The translations under genes and the position numbers were made by a program. A stretch of DNA of 63,815 nucleotides, counting the filler, from Hausera hauseri (lineage: Eukaryota), in NCBI GenBank assembly GCA_046269625.1. It is 11 parts of 11 records of this genome, joined end to end, with 100 filler letters (N's around TTAATTAATTAA, not from the genome) between each part and the next. Parts side by side here need not be neighbours in the genome. Positions count along the whole stretch, not along the records: positions 51,598 to 56,227 come from JBJURY010496686.1; positions 56,328 to 63,815 come from JBJURY010011789.1; 9 more parts are not named here. The stretch is one strand, 5' to 3'. The notes below the pieces were generated by a model that had not been told where the DNA came from, ran no database searches, and was given only the letters and a program-made list of their open reading frames with translations. Shown here piece after piece: positions 51,598-63,815 of the stretch. The stretch's first letter is position 1. Every line of letters starts with the position of its first letter.

Positions 51598-54325
51598 TTA
51601 TGGATGAAGTGGAGTGTGCCTAAGAAACTCCTCATATCCGTAGTAGTCGTTGGTAGCGTTATGTTTTTTCATTGATGTAGTCGATCCGGTTATGGAGAGT
51701 AGCCGTAAGGAGTGATGATGTGGCCTAAAAAATTAACACGTTTTAGAAAGAAATGACACTTAGAGAAATTGACTTGAAAATTGCTGTGATGTAGTCTGTG
51801 AAAGATAATACGGAGGTGTTCTTGATATTGTTTAACATATGTGGAGGTAACTAGTATGTCATCAATGTATGGATGAGCAAAGTCAAGGCTTGAGAGGACG
51901 GTATCAATATGTCATTGAAAAGTTTGGGAAGCTCTACGTAAACCAAATAGCATAAAGATATATTTATAGAGGCCACATGGAGTAATGACGGCAGTTTTTG
52001 GTATATCATCAGGTGCAACCGGAATGTGATGATAATCTTTATGTAAGTCAATTTTAGAGCACGTGGTAGTATTGGTAAGACTTTGCAGGATGTCCTTTAT
52101 GAGAGGTAAAGGGCACGCATCTAGGGCTGTTAGGTTGTTTAACTGCCGATAGTCACCACATGGTCCATCTTTCTTTGTTACTACATGCATTGGTGATGCC
52201 CATGGTGATTTTGATCTTCGAATGATGCCAGCATTTTAGAGTTCATTAAACTCTGATTCAACGGCTTTTCGCCTACGATGTGTCAGTGGTCTGACATTTT
52301 GCCTCATATGTCTTTGGTGTTTGGTGACTATGTGGTGATAAGTTGTAAAAGGCGGCTTGAGATTGACATCCTTTTTGAGTGTGCGGAAGCAAGAAGTTGT
52401 GATATAAGATTTGAGATTGGAATTCAGCGATGAGAATGATTGAGGCATATCATCAAAAGTGACAGTGGATGGTATTGGCGAAGAAAAAACGTAACTGCCA
52501 CTCTCAACACTCCGTTTACTCGGTCGTTTTAAAACCGACTTAGATACGTTTGATGTGATAAAAGAAATGGATGAAACAGTAAATGCACCGTTATTTGCCG
52601 ACAAGCAAGTTTTCAAATTCACGCGCAAGTTGACAGCCGAAAACGGCCTAGTTTCTACTGGGGCTGTTTGGTAGATATTTGTTAGCATCCACGACGGAGA
52701 TTTTGCGCAGCGGACAGCGATACTTGCAGTCAACTAGCAGATCATATACGGCCAGAAAATCTGAGCCGATTATGGAGAATTTAATACTAGCCACGTAAAA
52801 TTTCCAGACAAACTCATCTGGCAAGTTGGCGAATGTGGAAATCAGTTCTGCAGTGAAAAGCGGTGGAGAAGAAACTATAGTGGATTTAGGAGTGAAGGAC
52901 AAGGGAAGGAGCGAAAAGGCAGCTCCTGAATCGATGAGTAAGACAATGTGTGAAGCACTGTTGTGGAGCAATGCAGCTTTTAACAGAAAAACTGCAGAGG
53001 CGGTGTTAAGACGGCCAGAATATTCAGCGGTATTGTTACTTTTTTGAGGTTTGTTGGGAAAAAAGAAGAGGAATGAAAAGAGGGAGGAGGCGAAGAAGAT
53101 GGAGAAAACTAGAATTCTTTTTATAATATTTGCATCCTGACACACACGACCTAGCCTTGGACTAATACTTTGTGTGATAGATGCAGATCGGGTTGTCTAC
53201 TGCATAACGTTCATCGTAGAATCGACAACCTAAAACACATTTCCTTGCGTCTCTGCGGAATTTATTGTAATAAAAACATGTCATTCTACCATCTCTAGAT
53301 TTGGACCGAAAAGAGTGCCTGGAAAAACTGCGATTGCGCGAACCACGGTTTTCGCTTCGTCGAGGCACAGATAAGTCACTAAGTTGGACTGTGATCGCAG
53401 AAATTGCCTGTTGTAATGTGTCGAATTGCTTCTCCATCATATGCAGTTGTTGTGCAAATAAACTGTTATCTGTGTGTGACGATGTGTGAGGGGTTGCTGC
53501 AGCTACTGGCTCTGAATTATTAGACTGCAAAATGTCAAAACTTTTGTCTGCCAATAGGGCGAGTTTTTCAAGGGCCGTTGAGTAGTCTACTACCGTGAGC
53601 AACGTTCTGATGGAGGTTGGCAAAGATGAAAGAAAATACCTACGAAGAAGATCGGCATTGTTTATAGGAGTGGCGCCTAAAAGACTTAATTGAGAGATCG
53701 CAGTTTTAAGGAAATCTGATGTTTTTGATTTCCGATGGCGTGTTCATTAAAGTATTTCTGAATTATGCTGTCAATGGAAGTGTCCGTGATATGCAGAACT
53801 GATTCATAAAGAATATCATATGTAGTTGAAGAAGTAAATATGTCAGCAAGATTGTTGATTTGCTGCTTGATATTAGCTGGAAGTAGTAGCAGCAAACTCT
53901 TCGCCCGCAAAAAGGAGTCTGTGATATGATTGGCTTTAAGCCATTGCAAATGGAACTATAGCCAAGTGCGACTCGAATTTGTTTTATCAAGAAAAAAATC
54001 TGTGCAAGGAAGATTTGGAAATGTAGTTCGTGTGGGATCGGCAGGACAACGACCAGATTTGGTTTTGACTAAATTTTCGGAGAAATGGTCAGTGTCTGAT
54101 CCACCACGGATACGACAATGGACAGTGAGTATCACTGAATGTTTCCCGGTTGCAAAAGATGACAGAGTCGGAAGGTAACAGAGTCAAGCCATTGTGCATG
54201 CATTAAAAGTCGGAGGAGCCGAAAAAGGAAGACAATTCAGAATAAAGGATGCGCGCCGTATGTTTTCATGCAACCATTAGTGTGTATTCATGTTTATTAT
54301 TAAAAAAATAAGAATGGAAAGGGGA
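51598..54325 (-). pseudogene. gag-pol: Decayed CsRn1-like Gypsy gag-PR-RT, same family as C2 and C8, with an N-terminal ubiquitin-like domain (54100-54325)
   Basis: LTVHCRIRGG, LEKLALLADK, twin CHCC knuckles, [27 protein letters not shown] and YIDD. Confidence 0.9.
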
Positions 54326-54849
54326 TACAGTGCAGCGGGGACGGTCACGCTTGGTTCCCCAGTCAGACAATTCCTTGGCTGATTTGTCAATAGAGAAATG
54401 TTTCATGAAAATCCAATTAAAATTACTTTGACTGTGGCCCTTTTGAGTCTTTCCAGTGAATTAACTTTCCATCGAATGACTCATCGAATGAACGAATGCG
54501 CCATCAGTGAATACCACCAGATATGATTTGGATTCAGGATTGGCATCTGTTAGTTGCAACATTTACCCCGTAGTCATATTGACAAATTTTTTAAGAACCT
54601 GTTGGGTTAAATCGCTTCTCAGTGTGTTATACTGGAAGTCTGAGTACATGGATTGCTCAATAGTCGACAATGACGGATAGATAGCATCAATCGTGATTGC
54701 GTTGGATTGTTTTGCGGATCTGTCATTTTGTGCATTGTAATCAAAGGTCTTTGCCTTTCCAGTCATTTTAAACGCTATATCATCATTAAGCTTCGTTGGA
54801 GTTGATAGATTTTTTTGTTCCATGTTGTCGATGTTGATCGTATTCTCCC

Positions 54850-55310
54850 AATTTACCCAAATCAATGATACAACATGAACAAGCGGTTGAATAAAACGCT
54901 TAATGTTTTCGAAAGCTTCTGATTCAATATACTCAACGTGAGTTATTAATGGAACTAAGAAGGCGTAAATCGTTTCGGCTTCAACATATGCTCGTACAGC
55001 CTTTTTAAATGTTTCTTTATACGGTTTGGCATATACAATGTTGTATTTTTCCAACAACAATGTCATGTTTTTCACTTTTGGATGTATTATTTGAGTATGA
55101 ATATCAAAAACACAATTTCATCGCTTTTTCCAAAATTTCAATTCATCGGAAGGTATAGCAATTTTGCCTTTGGAAATAATTTCGCCAGAATCTTCTAATA
55201 CTTCGGCTATATGTGATGTCCAATTAATAACCGTTGTTTCAAAACTGTACATCAGACTTACAATAACGTCATCACCCCTGCAATTTTAACATCAAATTCA
55301 TCCATTTTGT
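54850..55310 (-). pseudogene. Axonemal dynein heavy chain N-terminal (DHC_N1) fragment, outer-arm beta type
   Basis: FETTVINWTSHI...ELKFWKKR...KVKNMTLLLEK...EAETIYAFLVPL...IQPLVHVVSLIWVN resembles the DNAH9/11/17 tail. Confidence 0.75.
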
Positions 55311-55584
55311 CCAAATTTACTGGATGAATGTGTCGTTTAACAATTCGCGGTTTGCATGATACTTTGGTCTTACTTACTGATGTTGAAAATAGCTTTTTAC
55401 CCGAGTCTGTTTTGATAAGTGGCTTTAGAATTTTCGATGGAACGATGTTCTCATTTCTGGGAATGAAAGATAGAGCGAGATCGACTCGCGGGAACAATTT
55501 TGATTGTCGAATACTCTGATTAAACAGTTTCGGAATAAGAGATGTTTTAGCAACCGGTAACGATCGTAACAGATCGCTTATAAA

Positions 55585-56227
55585 TTCGGATAATTCGATA
55601 ATTCTGCACGCTAAAGCCTCGCCATCATTAAGCACTAATCATTCGATATGTAACTCGTGTCGGTGCAGTTGCCGAACTTCGTGGAACTAATGCTCTCAGT
55701 CCAACATGACGGTTGTCATGCATAGAAGCATCGACAAGAAACGATACCAGGAACACTGACGTAACTGGTTTCCTTGTAATTAGGACATTGTCTGGTGTGT
55801 AGTCCCAGTCAGTCAGAGTAACAGCGTAGTCACTGATTTCCTTTGTTCTCACAATGGAGTCCTTTATTATTCCAGACTCTCGTAGAAAATGATTTTGATC
55901 ATTAGCACATCCTTCATGTATGCTCTCTTCATGGGAAATTACCAAATGAAGTGCTGTGGAATCAAAATTCGTCTGTGCGCTGATATCACAGTTGTGCCGG
56001 AGAAGACATTTAATCATATTCAGTTGTCCAAAGTGACAAGCCGTGTGCAGTGGAGTATATCCGGCTTTTGTTTTTGAATCTATCTCGCAACCCGCCGACT
56101 CCAAAATTTCTGTAACATTTACACGATTTTCTTGAGCTGCTAAATGCATACTGTTTAAGAGATTTTTTGCTTTGGCATTAGCGTCTGTTTCTTGACTACA
56201 AAGGTGCAATGGAGTAAAACCGTCATG
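55585..56227 (-). pseudogene. ANK: Canonical ankyrin fragment (last ANK repeats plus start of ZU5), internally deleted
   Basis: HLAAQENRVNV, TKAGYTPLHTACHFGQLNMI, FLVSFLVDA, APTRVT and LNDGEALACRIIEL. Confidence 0.85.
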
Positions 56228-56327
56228 NNNNNNNNNNNNNNNNNNNNNNNNNNNNNNNNNNNNNNNNNNNNTTAATTAATTAANNNNNNNNNNNNNNNNN
56301 NNNNNNNNNNNNNNNNNNNNNNNNNNN

Positions 56328-57296
56328 ACATCGAGTTAGGTGCTGTAGTTGAGAAGGTACATCGGGCCGTGGAGTTTGATCAGGGTTATATATTAAGGAT
56401 TACATCGATCTTAATACTGCTAAAAGGGCTGCAGCAAATAATCCTTTTGAAAAAGTCTTTATAAGCTTAAGAATAACAGCTTATATGGCAAAACAGAAGA
56501 GAATTTGCTGATTAGGTCAAATTTGAGACTGTGCAATAATGTTAAAAAGCTAATCACATGTGCTAATACGGCCCACTTTAAAGAGAGCATAATAATAGCC
56601 GATGATGTGGTTGCCGTTCTCCTCGATAAAGATATGGTCAAATTAGATATGCCATCATACATCGGTCAGGCCGTATTTAATCTATCCAAGTTACGAATGT
56701 GTGAGCTGAATTATATCGAGTTGGAAACGTATAGGGACCAGTTTAATTGCGAACTTAGTGTTGTTGCTGTTGACACTAACAGTTTCTTTCTTGAGTGTCG
56801 CGGTGTTGACTTAAAATCACAACTGTTACCAACAATGATACCTAATGAACAGCTAGATACATCGAACTACGACAAGAGTGATCCGCTATACTCGACTCTC
56901 TTCGCAGCTGTAATTGGGAAATTTAAAGACGAAAGTAAGGGCCGCGTTCAGTATGAAGAGGGGATTTTTCCACGACTAAAATCTTATGCTTTCAAAACTG
57001 AATGCAAACCAGTTCTGAAATGCAAGGGTGTAAATCTCAAACAGACAGACTTGCAGTTTGACAGCTATTTACAGGCTTATGAATCCGGTTGTGAAACCAT
57101 GGTGGAGCAGGAACGAATCTGGACTAAAAACGACCAACTTATGTCGATCAGCACGAAAAAGAAAGCATTGGATCCATTCGACGACAAACGGCAGTGGATT
57201 GAGAAAAACAGATCAGTGCTTACGGATATTGTTGTATTTAATTGTAAAAATTTCGATTTATTTGTATATGTTGTATTAATGAAAGTTTTAATCTGA
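56328..57296 (+). pseudogene. polB: C-terminal part of a Polinton/adintovirus-type PolB
   Basis: YKLKNNSLYGKTEEN, PSYIGQAVFNLSK, VDTNSF (decayed DTDS), IGKFKDES and KALDPFDDKR. Confidence 0.88.
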
Positions 57297-57499
57297 ATTA
57301 TGTTGTTTTTGTTAGTTAGGCCTTTTAGTAAATACGTTCAATTTCCGTTATTTTCGACACTAGACACAGTGTTATGTTTGAACATACTACTACATAATCA
57401 CACATTAAAAAAACAATACACATATAAAGGTAATCGATGGCAGGGGAACATAAATGCACCTAAAATCACTTTATTCCTAATGTGGAAATAGGGAAACTT

Positions 57500-57615
57500 A
57501 ACCAACACTATGCCAAACGAAGCCAAACAAATCTAAACCCTAACCACACCAAGCCAAAGCCTAGCCACACCAAGCCAAAGTAAGGCACACCAAGACACAC
57601 CAAGCCACAGCAACC
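57500..57615. repeat. Degenerate minisatellite (CACACCAAGCCAAAG-like units)
   Basis: CACACCAAG occurs four times in 57545-57604, with related flanking units. Confidence 0.6.
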
Positions 57616-59849
57616 TTATATCCCCGACTGAGGGGGTCATGTCTTGTTTCCCATTGGTCTATTTTCCTATCCCACTATGACTCATCCGGCAAAGAAAATT
57701 TTTTTCCCAGTGGAGGGGGTCTTCGAGATAGGAAATTTATATTGGGGCCGTTCGCTCCCTTCTATCTACTTGTGGTCAATTCGAACCGAAGTCTTACGTG
57801 GCCTTTGTTTTCGTTTAACATTTTTATGAGTGTCAAACTCTTTACATGTCATACATCACATTTCACATATCATATTCCATGCTATATTCTAAATTTCATA
57901 CATAATATTGCGTATTTCATCTTGTTTTCACATATCTGACGTCATACCGGTTTGCCCATATATAGTTGCCTATGTCTACGCTTAAAGATTTTAACATTTT
58001 TGTATTATTATTCTTGAAAATCACAGTTTATTATTATACACAAGCAAGTACGGTTGAATTATATATAAATAATTTAATGGACAGCGGTGTACTGCACCGC
58101 ACCAAATTTAAAATTTCAACAAGGTTTTCATATATGCTGAATAAAATGAAGCAGCCAAAAATTTCGAATAATTTAGAATTGATCGATTTTTCGAGTCCGA
58201 ATCGATAAATAATCAATTTTGAATAATGTATTTGAATATCTGACATCGGATTCGGATTCCGCATATATTGTTTCCTATCTATCTAAGTTAAAAGATTATT
58301 CGATTTTCAACATTTAAATTCAAATTTATCGATTTTTATACTTTTTGAATAATGAAAACCTTCTTCAAACGATTATATCTCGGCACCAATTCAACTTATA
58401 GAAATGGCCAGTACCTCATTTTACGCATCTTGAAGTGCTTAATGCGGCAAGATTGGTGTCGATCGCTTTCCGATAAAAAATGATAAAATCGATATTAAGC
58501 CTCCGATCGATGAGACCTATATCAACCAATGGGATAATTAATTCTCATTTATATGCACTTAATCGCATTAAATTACCTTTAGTCAGTTCAGGAATATATC
58601 GATTTTACGTTATTACACACAATAACGAAAATCTCTGGATGCATACAACATTTCGGGGTGATTTTTGGCTTAAATAACAGCTGTTGACTGGAGGTACACA
58701 ATAAAATGAAAAATATAGGAAAAATCGATTTTTATCGAAAAAATTGGAAACCGGTAATGTCGATTTCGCTCGATAGAGGACATTTTCCTGTATCCGACAA
58801 ACTTTATTTCACTTCAGTACGACGTATGGTTGCCGAAATACAGCCTTTCGAAAATTTTATTCAAAATATTCGAATCGTTATAGATTTGGTTGCTAAGGTT
58901 GTATGGACTTGTAACCTATACCTTTCGATAGAGCTTAAAAATGTCACCACTTTTGACTTTCCGACCAAAATTATTCGAAAACACGGTAAAAAGATAATCA
59001 AATTTGAAAAAAGTTTTTCGAAAAATTTGTCCCACCTATACCATGTTGTATAAAATTCAAAAATACACAGTTTTTAATTTTTCGAAAATTTTTGAAATTT
59101 TGCACCGAATTCGAATAGTGCAGCACACTCTCGAAGTGTTAAAATCGGTAGTGCACTGTGGGAGGGGGTAATCTCACTTCGTAAGAAAAATTTAAAAAAT
59201 TTATAAAATTAAAAAAAAATGATTATTGTATATTAATTATCAATCCTGAGGGTCTGATCTCACTTCGTAAAAAAATGAGAACAAAAAAAATTTTGGCGCA
59301 AAGTGCAAATTTTTAAGTGCACCTACAAACCATGCAGTACGCATGCTTGTGTGTATCACTTTCATAACTGTCTTCTATCTACGCCCTATTAATCGTACGT
59401 GTGTGTATTACTTTTTTCTATCCCATGACTCATCCGCGAACCACATAATTTTTTTCACTGCGGGGGGATGGCGTCATGTGCTCCTTTCCATCTACTCACT
59501 AACGCAAATTAATGATGTATTTATTTTGCTGTTGTCTCTTTTGGCTAATATTAACGAGTTTTTGTAATTAACTCACAGCTACTGATGTCGACTGTTCCAA
59601 ATAATGGACAATAAATATCAATATGTTAGTAAACTAGATTTTTATACAATGCTTATGTTTTCAGTTATATATTATATACAAATTATTCCAGCACGCTACA
59701 TATAGACTTTTTACATGGGTATGGTCTTTTTATAACATCTTTCCTCCTTGAACGTCATCTTCAGATGAGTCTATTGCGTTAGAAGAGGTGACGTCGAGGT
59801 CCGGTTTTCTTAGTAGATTCAACATTCTATGTAAACTAGTGTCTGAATC

Positions 59850-60518
59850 TTATGCTTCTATTGTCCATCTGTAGTGGGTATTTTCCTCCAATCGATATCT
59901 GATATTTAGCCGGATTTCTACGACCCGATTCTTTTCTCTGTTAGAATAATATTTTATTTTCATGGCCTCCGCTCTGCATACTGGGTACATGGTCTTGCCA
60001 TTCCCTAAGGCCCATGCTTCGAGACAGTTCCGATAATATTTATATTTACATTTTTTATTATCCAGCATGACATAATCTTGTTTGAGACTATCGTCGCATA
60101 CGAGACAAGTGATTTCTTCTTCCTCGTCGTCTCTGTCAAAATCTACGTTAATAATATATTCTATTTGCTCGAACAATAGACCATCCTGATCTTGATGTAA
60201 ATAACCAGTGTTAATTGAGTTTTTCTTTGAGTAGTTCACGGAAACTAGCGCCCAATCGTGGATAACCTGTCCATCTAAATTCGGGATCTGGGCGTTGCTT
60301 TGATATCTTTAATGTTGTTTTTTTATTTGTATTTGAACTTGGATATATACTACCAGCGTTAATTTTTGCGTTCTTGATCGGAAAATTGGGGTCAGATATC
60401 GTCCGATTTTTGGATTTTCCCGTATATATGTGTTCTCGTATGCCTCTCGAGTTTCTTCCCTTTTAATGTAGAATACTGCATCTTTTATTTTCTTATGGCT
60501 GCAGTATTGTGCCATCAA
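59850..60518 (-). pseudogene. ORF with a decayed RING-H2 finger (59973-60107)
   Basis: CLVC-x15-CKYKYYRNC-LEAW-x8-YPVCR. The three missing ligands are Tyr codons one transition away from His or Cys. Confidence 0.65.
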
Positions 60519-60964
60519 TAGTATTTTCGTGAACTCATTTTTAGGATTTTCTTTGACACTTCCTCTTTCATTCGTTTTTTTGTTCCATAATGTGTTGACC
60601 TCCGTTAACCTTTTGGATTTGCCTTGGACAATTGAAGGTTCTCTCAGTTGATTATTCGAACTTCTTGATTCTTGGTTTTCTGTTCTACCTTCTGTTAGGT
60701 TCTTTAATTCTTCAGCTTCCTTTTCTAGTTTTTTTACTTTTTCTTCTTCAGTCTTTCCTCCGGTCAGGTAGTCATAGAAAGATTTTTTCTTTTTAATTTG
60801 TGGTGTTTCATCAATTTTTGTCTTTTTGCTACTTTTTGAAGTATTTAGGGTATTTTGAATTGGTTTTTTTCCGTTTTAGTGTTTGACTTGTTTACTAACA
60901 TGGGTTTGACTGTTTTCCTCTGTTATCGCTTCTGGCATTTGAGTTGATCTTCGGCCTTGTATAG

Positions 60965-63532
60965 TTACCTGGAAACGACTTTCTTCAGTGGTTTGGACGA
61001 TTCGTACTGAGATCTGTAGTGTTTATGACGTCTCGAACTTAAGTTTTCCGGATTCATAGGGCTTTGAAAGTTTTGTTTTGAGTTATCTGGCGGCCATTTG
61101 TGGTCCCGTTTCAAGGACATATAGATGTCATGTAGATATTGCTTACGCTGACTAGCTGACAGAAGTGTGGTGATTTTTAAATGCTTCCCGCTCATCGCTT
61201 CAAGTATTAACTTAAATAGTGCTTCAGTTTTCATTGGTAGCGAACTATTCATTTCCTGCAGTATTCTTTTGAGTTCTTCCACCATTGTGAGGTATATCTC
61301 TATCTCTCTCATTCCAAAGATATGGGAAGTAGGCACATCGAGTTTTCTAGTGTCTCCTGGATTTTATATCCAACCAAGATGAATCCGTAGAAACAGTGTT
61401 TGATTTCGGCGCTGACTAATTCACTGTTCTTGCCGTGTCCTAAATGCTCCTTCTCTATTCCTGTTAGTTTGGAAAATGTTTCCCTGATCCTTTTTAGAGG
61501 GGCAACGATTTTGGAGTAGATTTCGGCTCCGTGCATTTCCCTAATTTAAACTTCTATCGAAACATAATTTCCGTCATCCCCTACTCCGTAGTGCAAGGCT
61601 ATAATTCTCTCATTTCGTCCGTCTTGAACTAATCCCTATGATTGTAGATGTTCTTCTTGATTCTTTTCTGTTGGGCTTTGTCGCAACGTTATAGATGGAA
61701 GCTGTATGTACGGCCCATCTTCGTAGGTGACTTCCATCATAATTATGACAGATAGAGCTGTAATTCTAAATTTCAACTCGTATTCTCCCAGGTTTCCAGT
61801 GCATAGCTAAAGGGTGTTAAATCTGAATTATCTCCCTTTGTTTGCGTCCCAGTTTTGTCATGATATCTAATAATATAGTTCACCTTCAACTAGGTGTATG
61901 AAAATGCTTTGGTTATACATGGGCTCGTACGTGATTAGGCCCTTTAATCTATACGCCCGGGCACCGAATTGCTTCTCATTACATAGAGTCGCACAACGCG
62001 ATCTTCTTCGGTGGTGCTTTTAAGATTATTTGGGATCCTGCTGGTCTGATTAAATTCTACGATTATTTTCTCATACAACTCTGTATTAATTTGGCCGTAA
62101 ATTGACTTGGATACTCACTGATACTGTGTCCTCTTCGATTTCCGTTTTGCATCGTCATGATGGTACCTACCACTTTAAAAATAAACAAATAAATGTTAAT
62201 TCTAAAACGAAGTATTGTTTTAAACCAAAACCAATTCTTTATTTCGTAATGGAATAACTCGATCTGTAACTGCCAAGTTATTTCACCAAAGGTTTCGTCT
62301 CAGGGCGTTGTTACCCTTAATTCCCTTTCTTTGATTTTATGACTCTTGGACCGTCAATTTTTGATAAGTAATCGAAAAATCGCGACTAATATTATGAGAA
62401 CAAACGTTGATAGTCCAATAACTGATAAAATTGGCAAAGTCGTTAATCCAGTCGGTTTTTTTGTAGTGGTTGGTGTTGTTAACTCGTTATCTGCTTCATT
62501 GTCTAAGTACGGCTTTGCATGGACTTCATCTAATATACGTAAGGCGAACGTCTGGTTTTGTGTATTCTGTGCATGTACTTGTATTATATAATCTGACCGT
62601 GGTTCAGTGAATTACATTCTGTTTGATAAATATTTTTAAATAATGTCACAAATTTGTTATTATACAGTTTTCGGCAGCTTAGATGGATGTCGTAATTTAC
62701 TTTTATTTAATAGGTATACTCTCTAATCCTTTTTGGGTGTTCCATCTGAAGTGATTGATTCACTAACGGTAGTCATCCGAGTGGTCGGCTTCTTTTGTTG
62801 TCGTTTCGAGTGGAATTTTCCATATCCCAGTTAGTTCTTTGTTCGGGTTCCATATAAATCGAATTGTATTCTGTATTCGTGCCACAATGCAATTTTACAG
62901 CAAGGGTTAGCTTTATCCGTCCAATATAAAAGTATTTTTCTGACAGGGCTAACTTTTATATCGGAATTAGTCGAATGGACACATTTGGATACATTTGTTC
63001 TTTACGTTTTTCGGAATCCCCATTATGTTATTATCCAAAACCCGTCTATACGGATGGGCAATACGAATGATATCGTTAAGTTTTGCTTGATTAGTTTCGT
63101 TCCACTTCGACATGACTATTTTAAGTTGTGGAAATATGTAGGCTTGAGTTCTATGAAAATGGTAGTAGAACATTTAAAGGTTATATCCGTAAATCCGTCA
63201 AAATTCTAGTTCACAACATTTTCGTCGGGCCCATAGTGAATATCCTAGTTTCTCATCATTTTGCTGGTTTTGTCTATAAATCATATCTGAAATTTTACAT
63301 GACTTCTAACAGGACTACCTGCCTTAAACGAGGAACAAAGTAATTTTCAATCCATGTCGTAGACTCTTAATGATTTTAAATTCAATATATCTTTACATCT
63401 TTCTGAATGTTGCCATCTCTTAATAGAAGGGTTGTCATCCTTGTTTTTCGGAAGATAAGAAGCGATTAATGATAGTACCAAAGTTATCTGTACATATGAT
63501 ACTGGTCTGGCAATTATAGAGGAAGTTTTCAT
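60965..63532 (-). pseudogene. Long decayed accessory/env-position ORF of an LTR retroelement
   Basis: Preceded by the integrase-tail-like KRYNLRPK (about 63560-63585). Hydrophobic leader ITLVLSLIASYL. QFGARAYRL motif shared with 26127-26739. Confidence 0.45.
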
Positions 63533-63815
63533 AATTTTCCCATTCTGGTTTCTGTTCTTCGGCCGTAAATTATAACGTTTAAAATGGTTTTATTTCCGTT
63601 TTGACGACTATAGCAATAATTTACTCTCAAAGTTTAATTGAAATTTTTACGAGTAAAGTATAACGTTCTAGTTAGGCATTTTGTGCTTAGTTTATAAACT
63701 ATACTTGTACTATATGCGATTTTATGCAAGAGGTTAAAAATTCTCGTCCTAACTGTAAATTTTACACTTTATTTTAACACTTAATGTGGTACAAATCCCC
63801 CTTAATGGGCGATGA

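Noticed and set aside
6593-56327. Regularly recurring TTAATTAATTAA palindromes as a repeat or CRISPR-like array
   Set aside because: Always centred in 44+44 N runs, so they are artificial six-frame-stop linkers. No CRISPR repeats or cas genes were seen anywhere.
58070-59160. Transib/RAG-like element suggested by CACTGTG at 59154-59160
   Set aside because: No convincing partner TIR or transposase was found.

Overview
This window is not one locus. It joins 11 eukaryotic contigs with identical 100-nt artificial spacers (44 N + TTAATTAATTAA + 44 N). Contigs: C1 1-6592, C2 6693-10857, C3 10958-15910, C4 16011-21330, C5 21431-26026, C6 26127-31000, C7 31101-35887, C8 35988-46325, C9 46426-51497, C10 51598-56227, C11 56328-63815. 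C1 looks like teleost DNA (L2 and Rex3/RTE LINE remnants, TIR elements, an LTR with a tRNA-Ala PBS). The others are mostly AT-rich invertebrate-like DNA dominated by mobile elements: one intact CsRn1-like Ty3/Gypsy element assembled as a circle (C7), decayed Gypsy elements, a decayed Copia element, and Polinton/adintovirus-type PolB pseudogenes. Three observations stand out. (1) A CsRn1-like Gypsy family whose Gag starts with a ubiquitin-like domain ending in RxRGG, seen in two independent copies (C8, C10). (2) Both copies abut co-oriented, apparently intronless mosaics of unrelated host gene fragments (KMT2C/D, ADAR-like, DPAGT1, ZDHHC17-like, ankyrin, axonemal dynein) where LTRs are expected. 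(3) A second, possibly single, Gypsy lineage (C3, C6, C11) with a different ubiquitin-like domain, a chuvirus-like glycoprotein, a shared orphan domain and a RING finger. All homology calls are by-eye motif recognition from memory; no searches were run.
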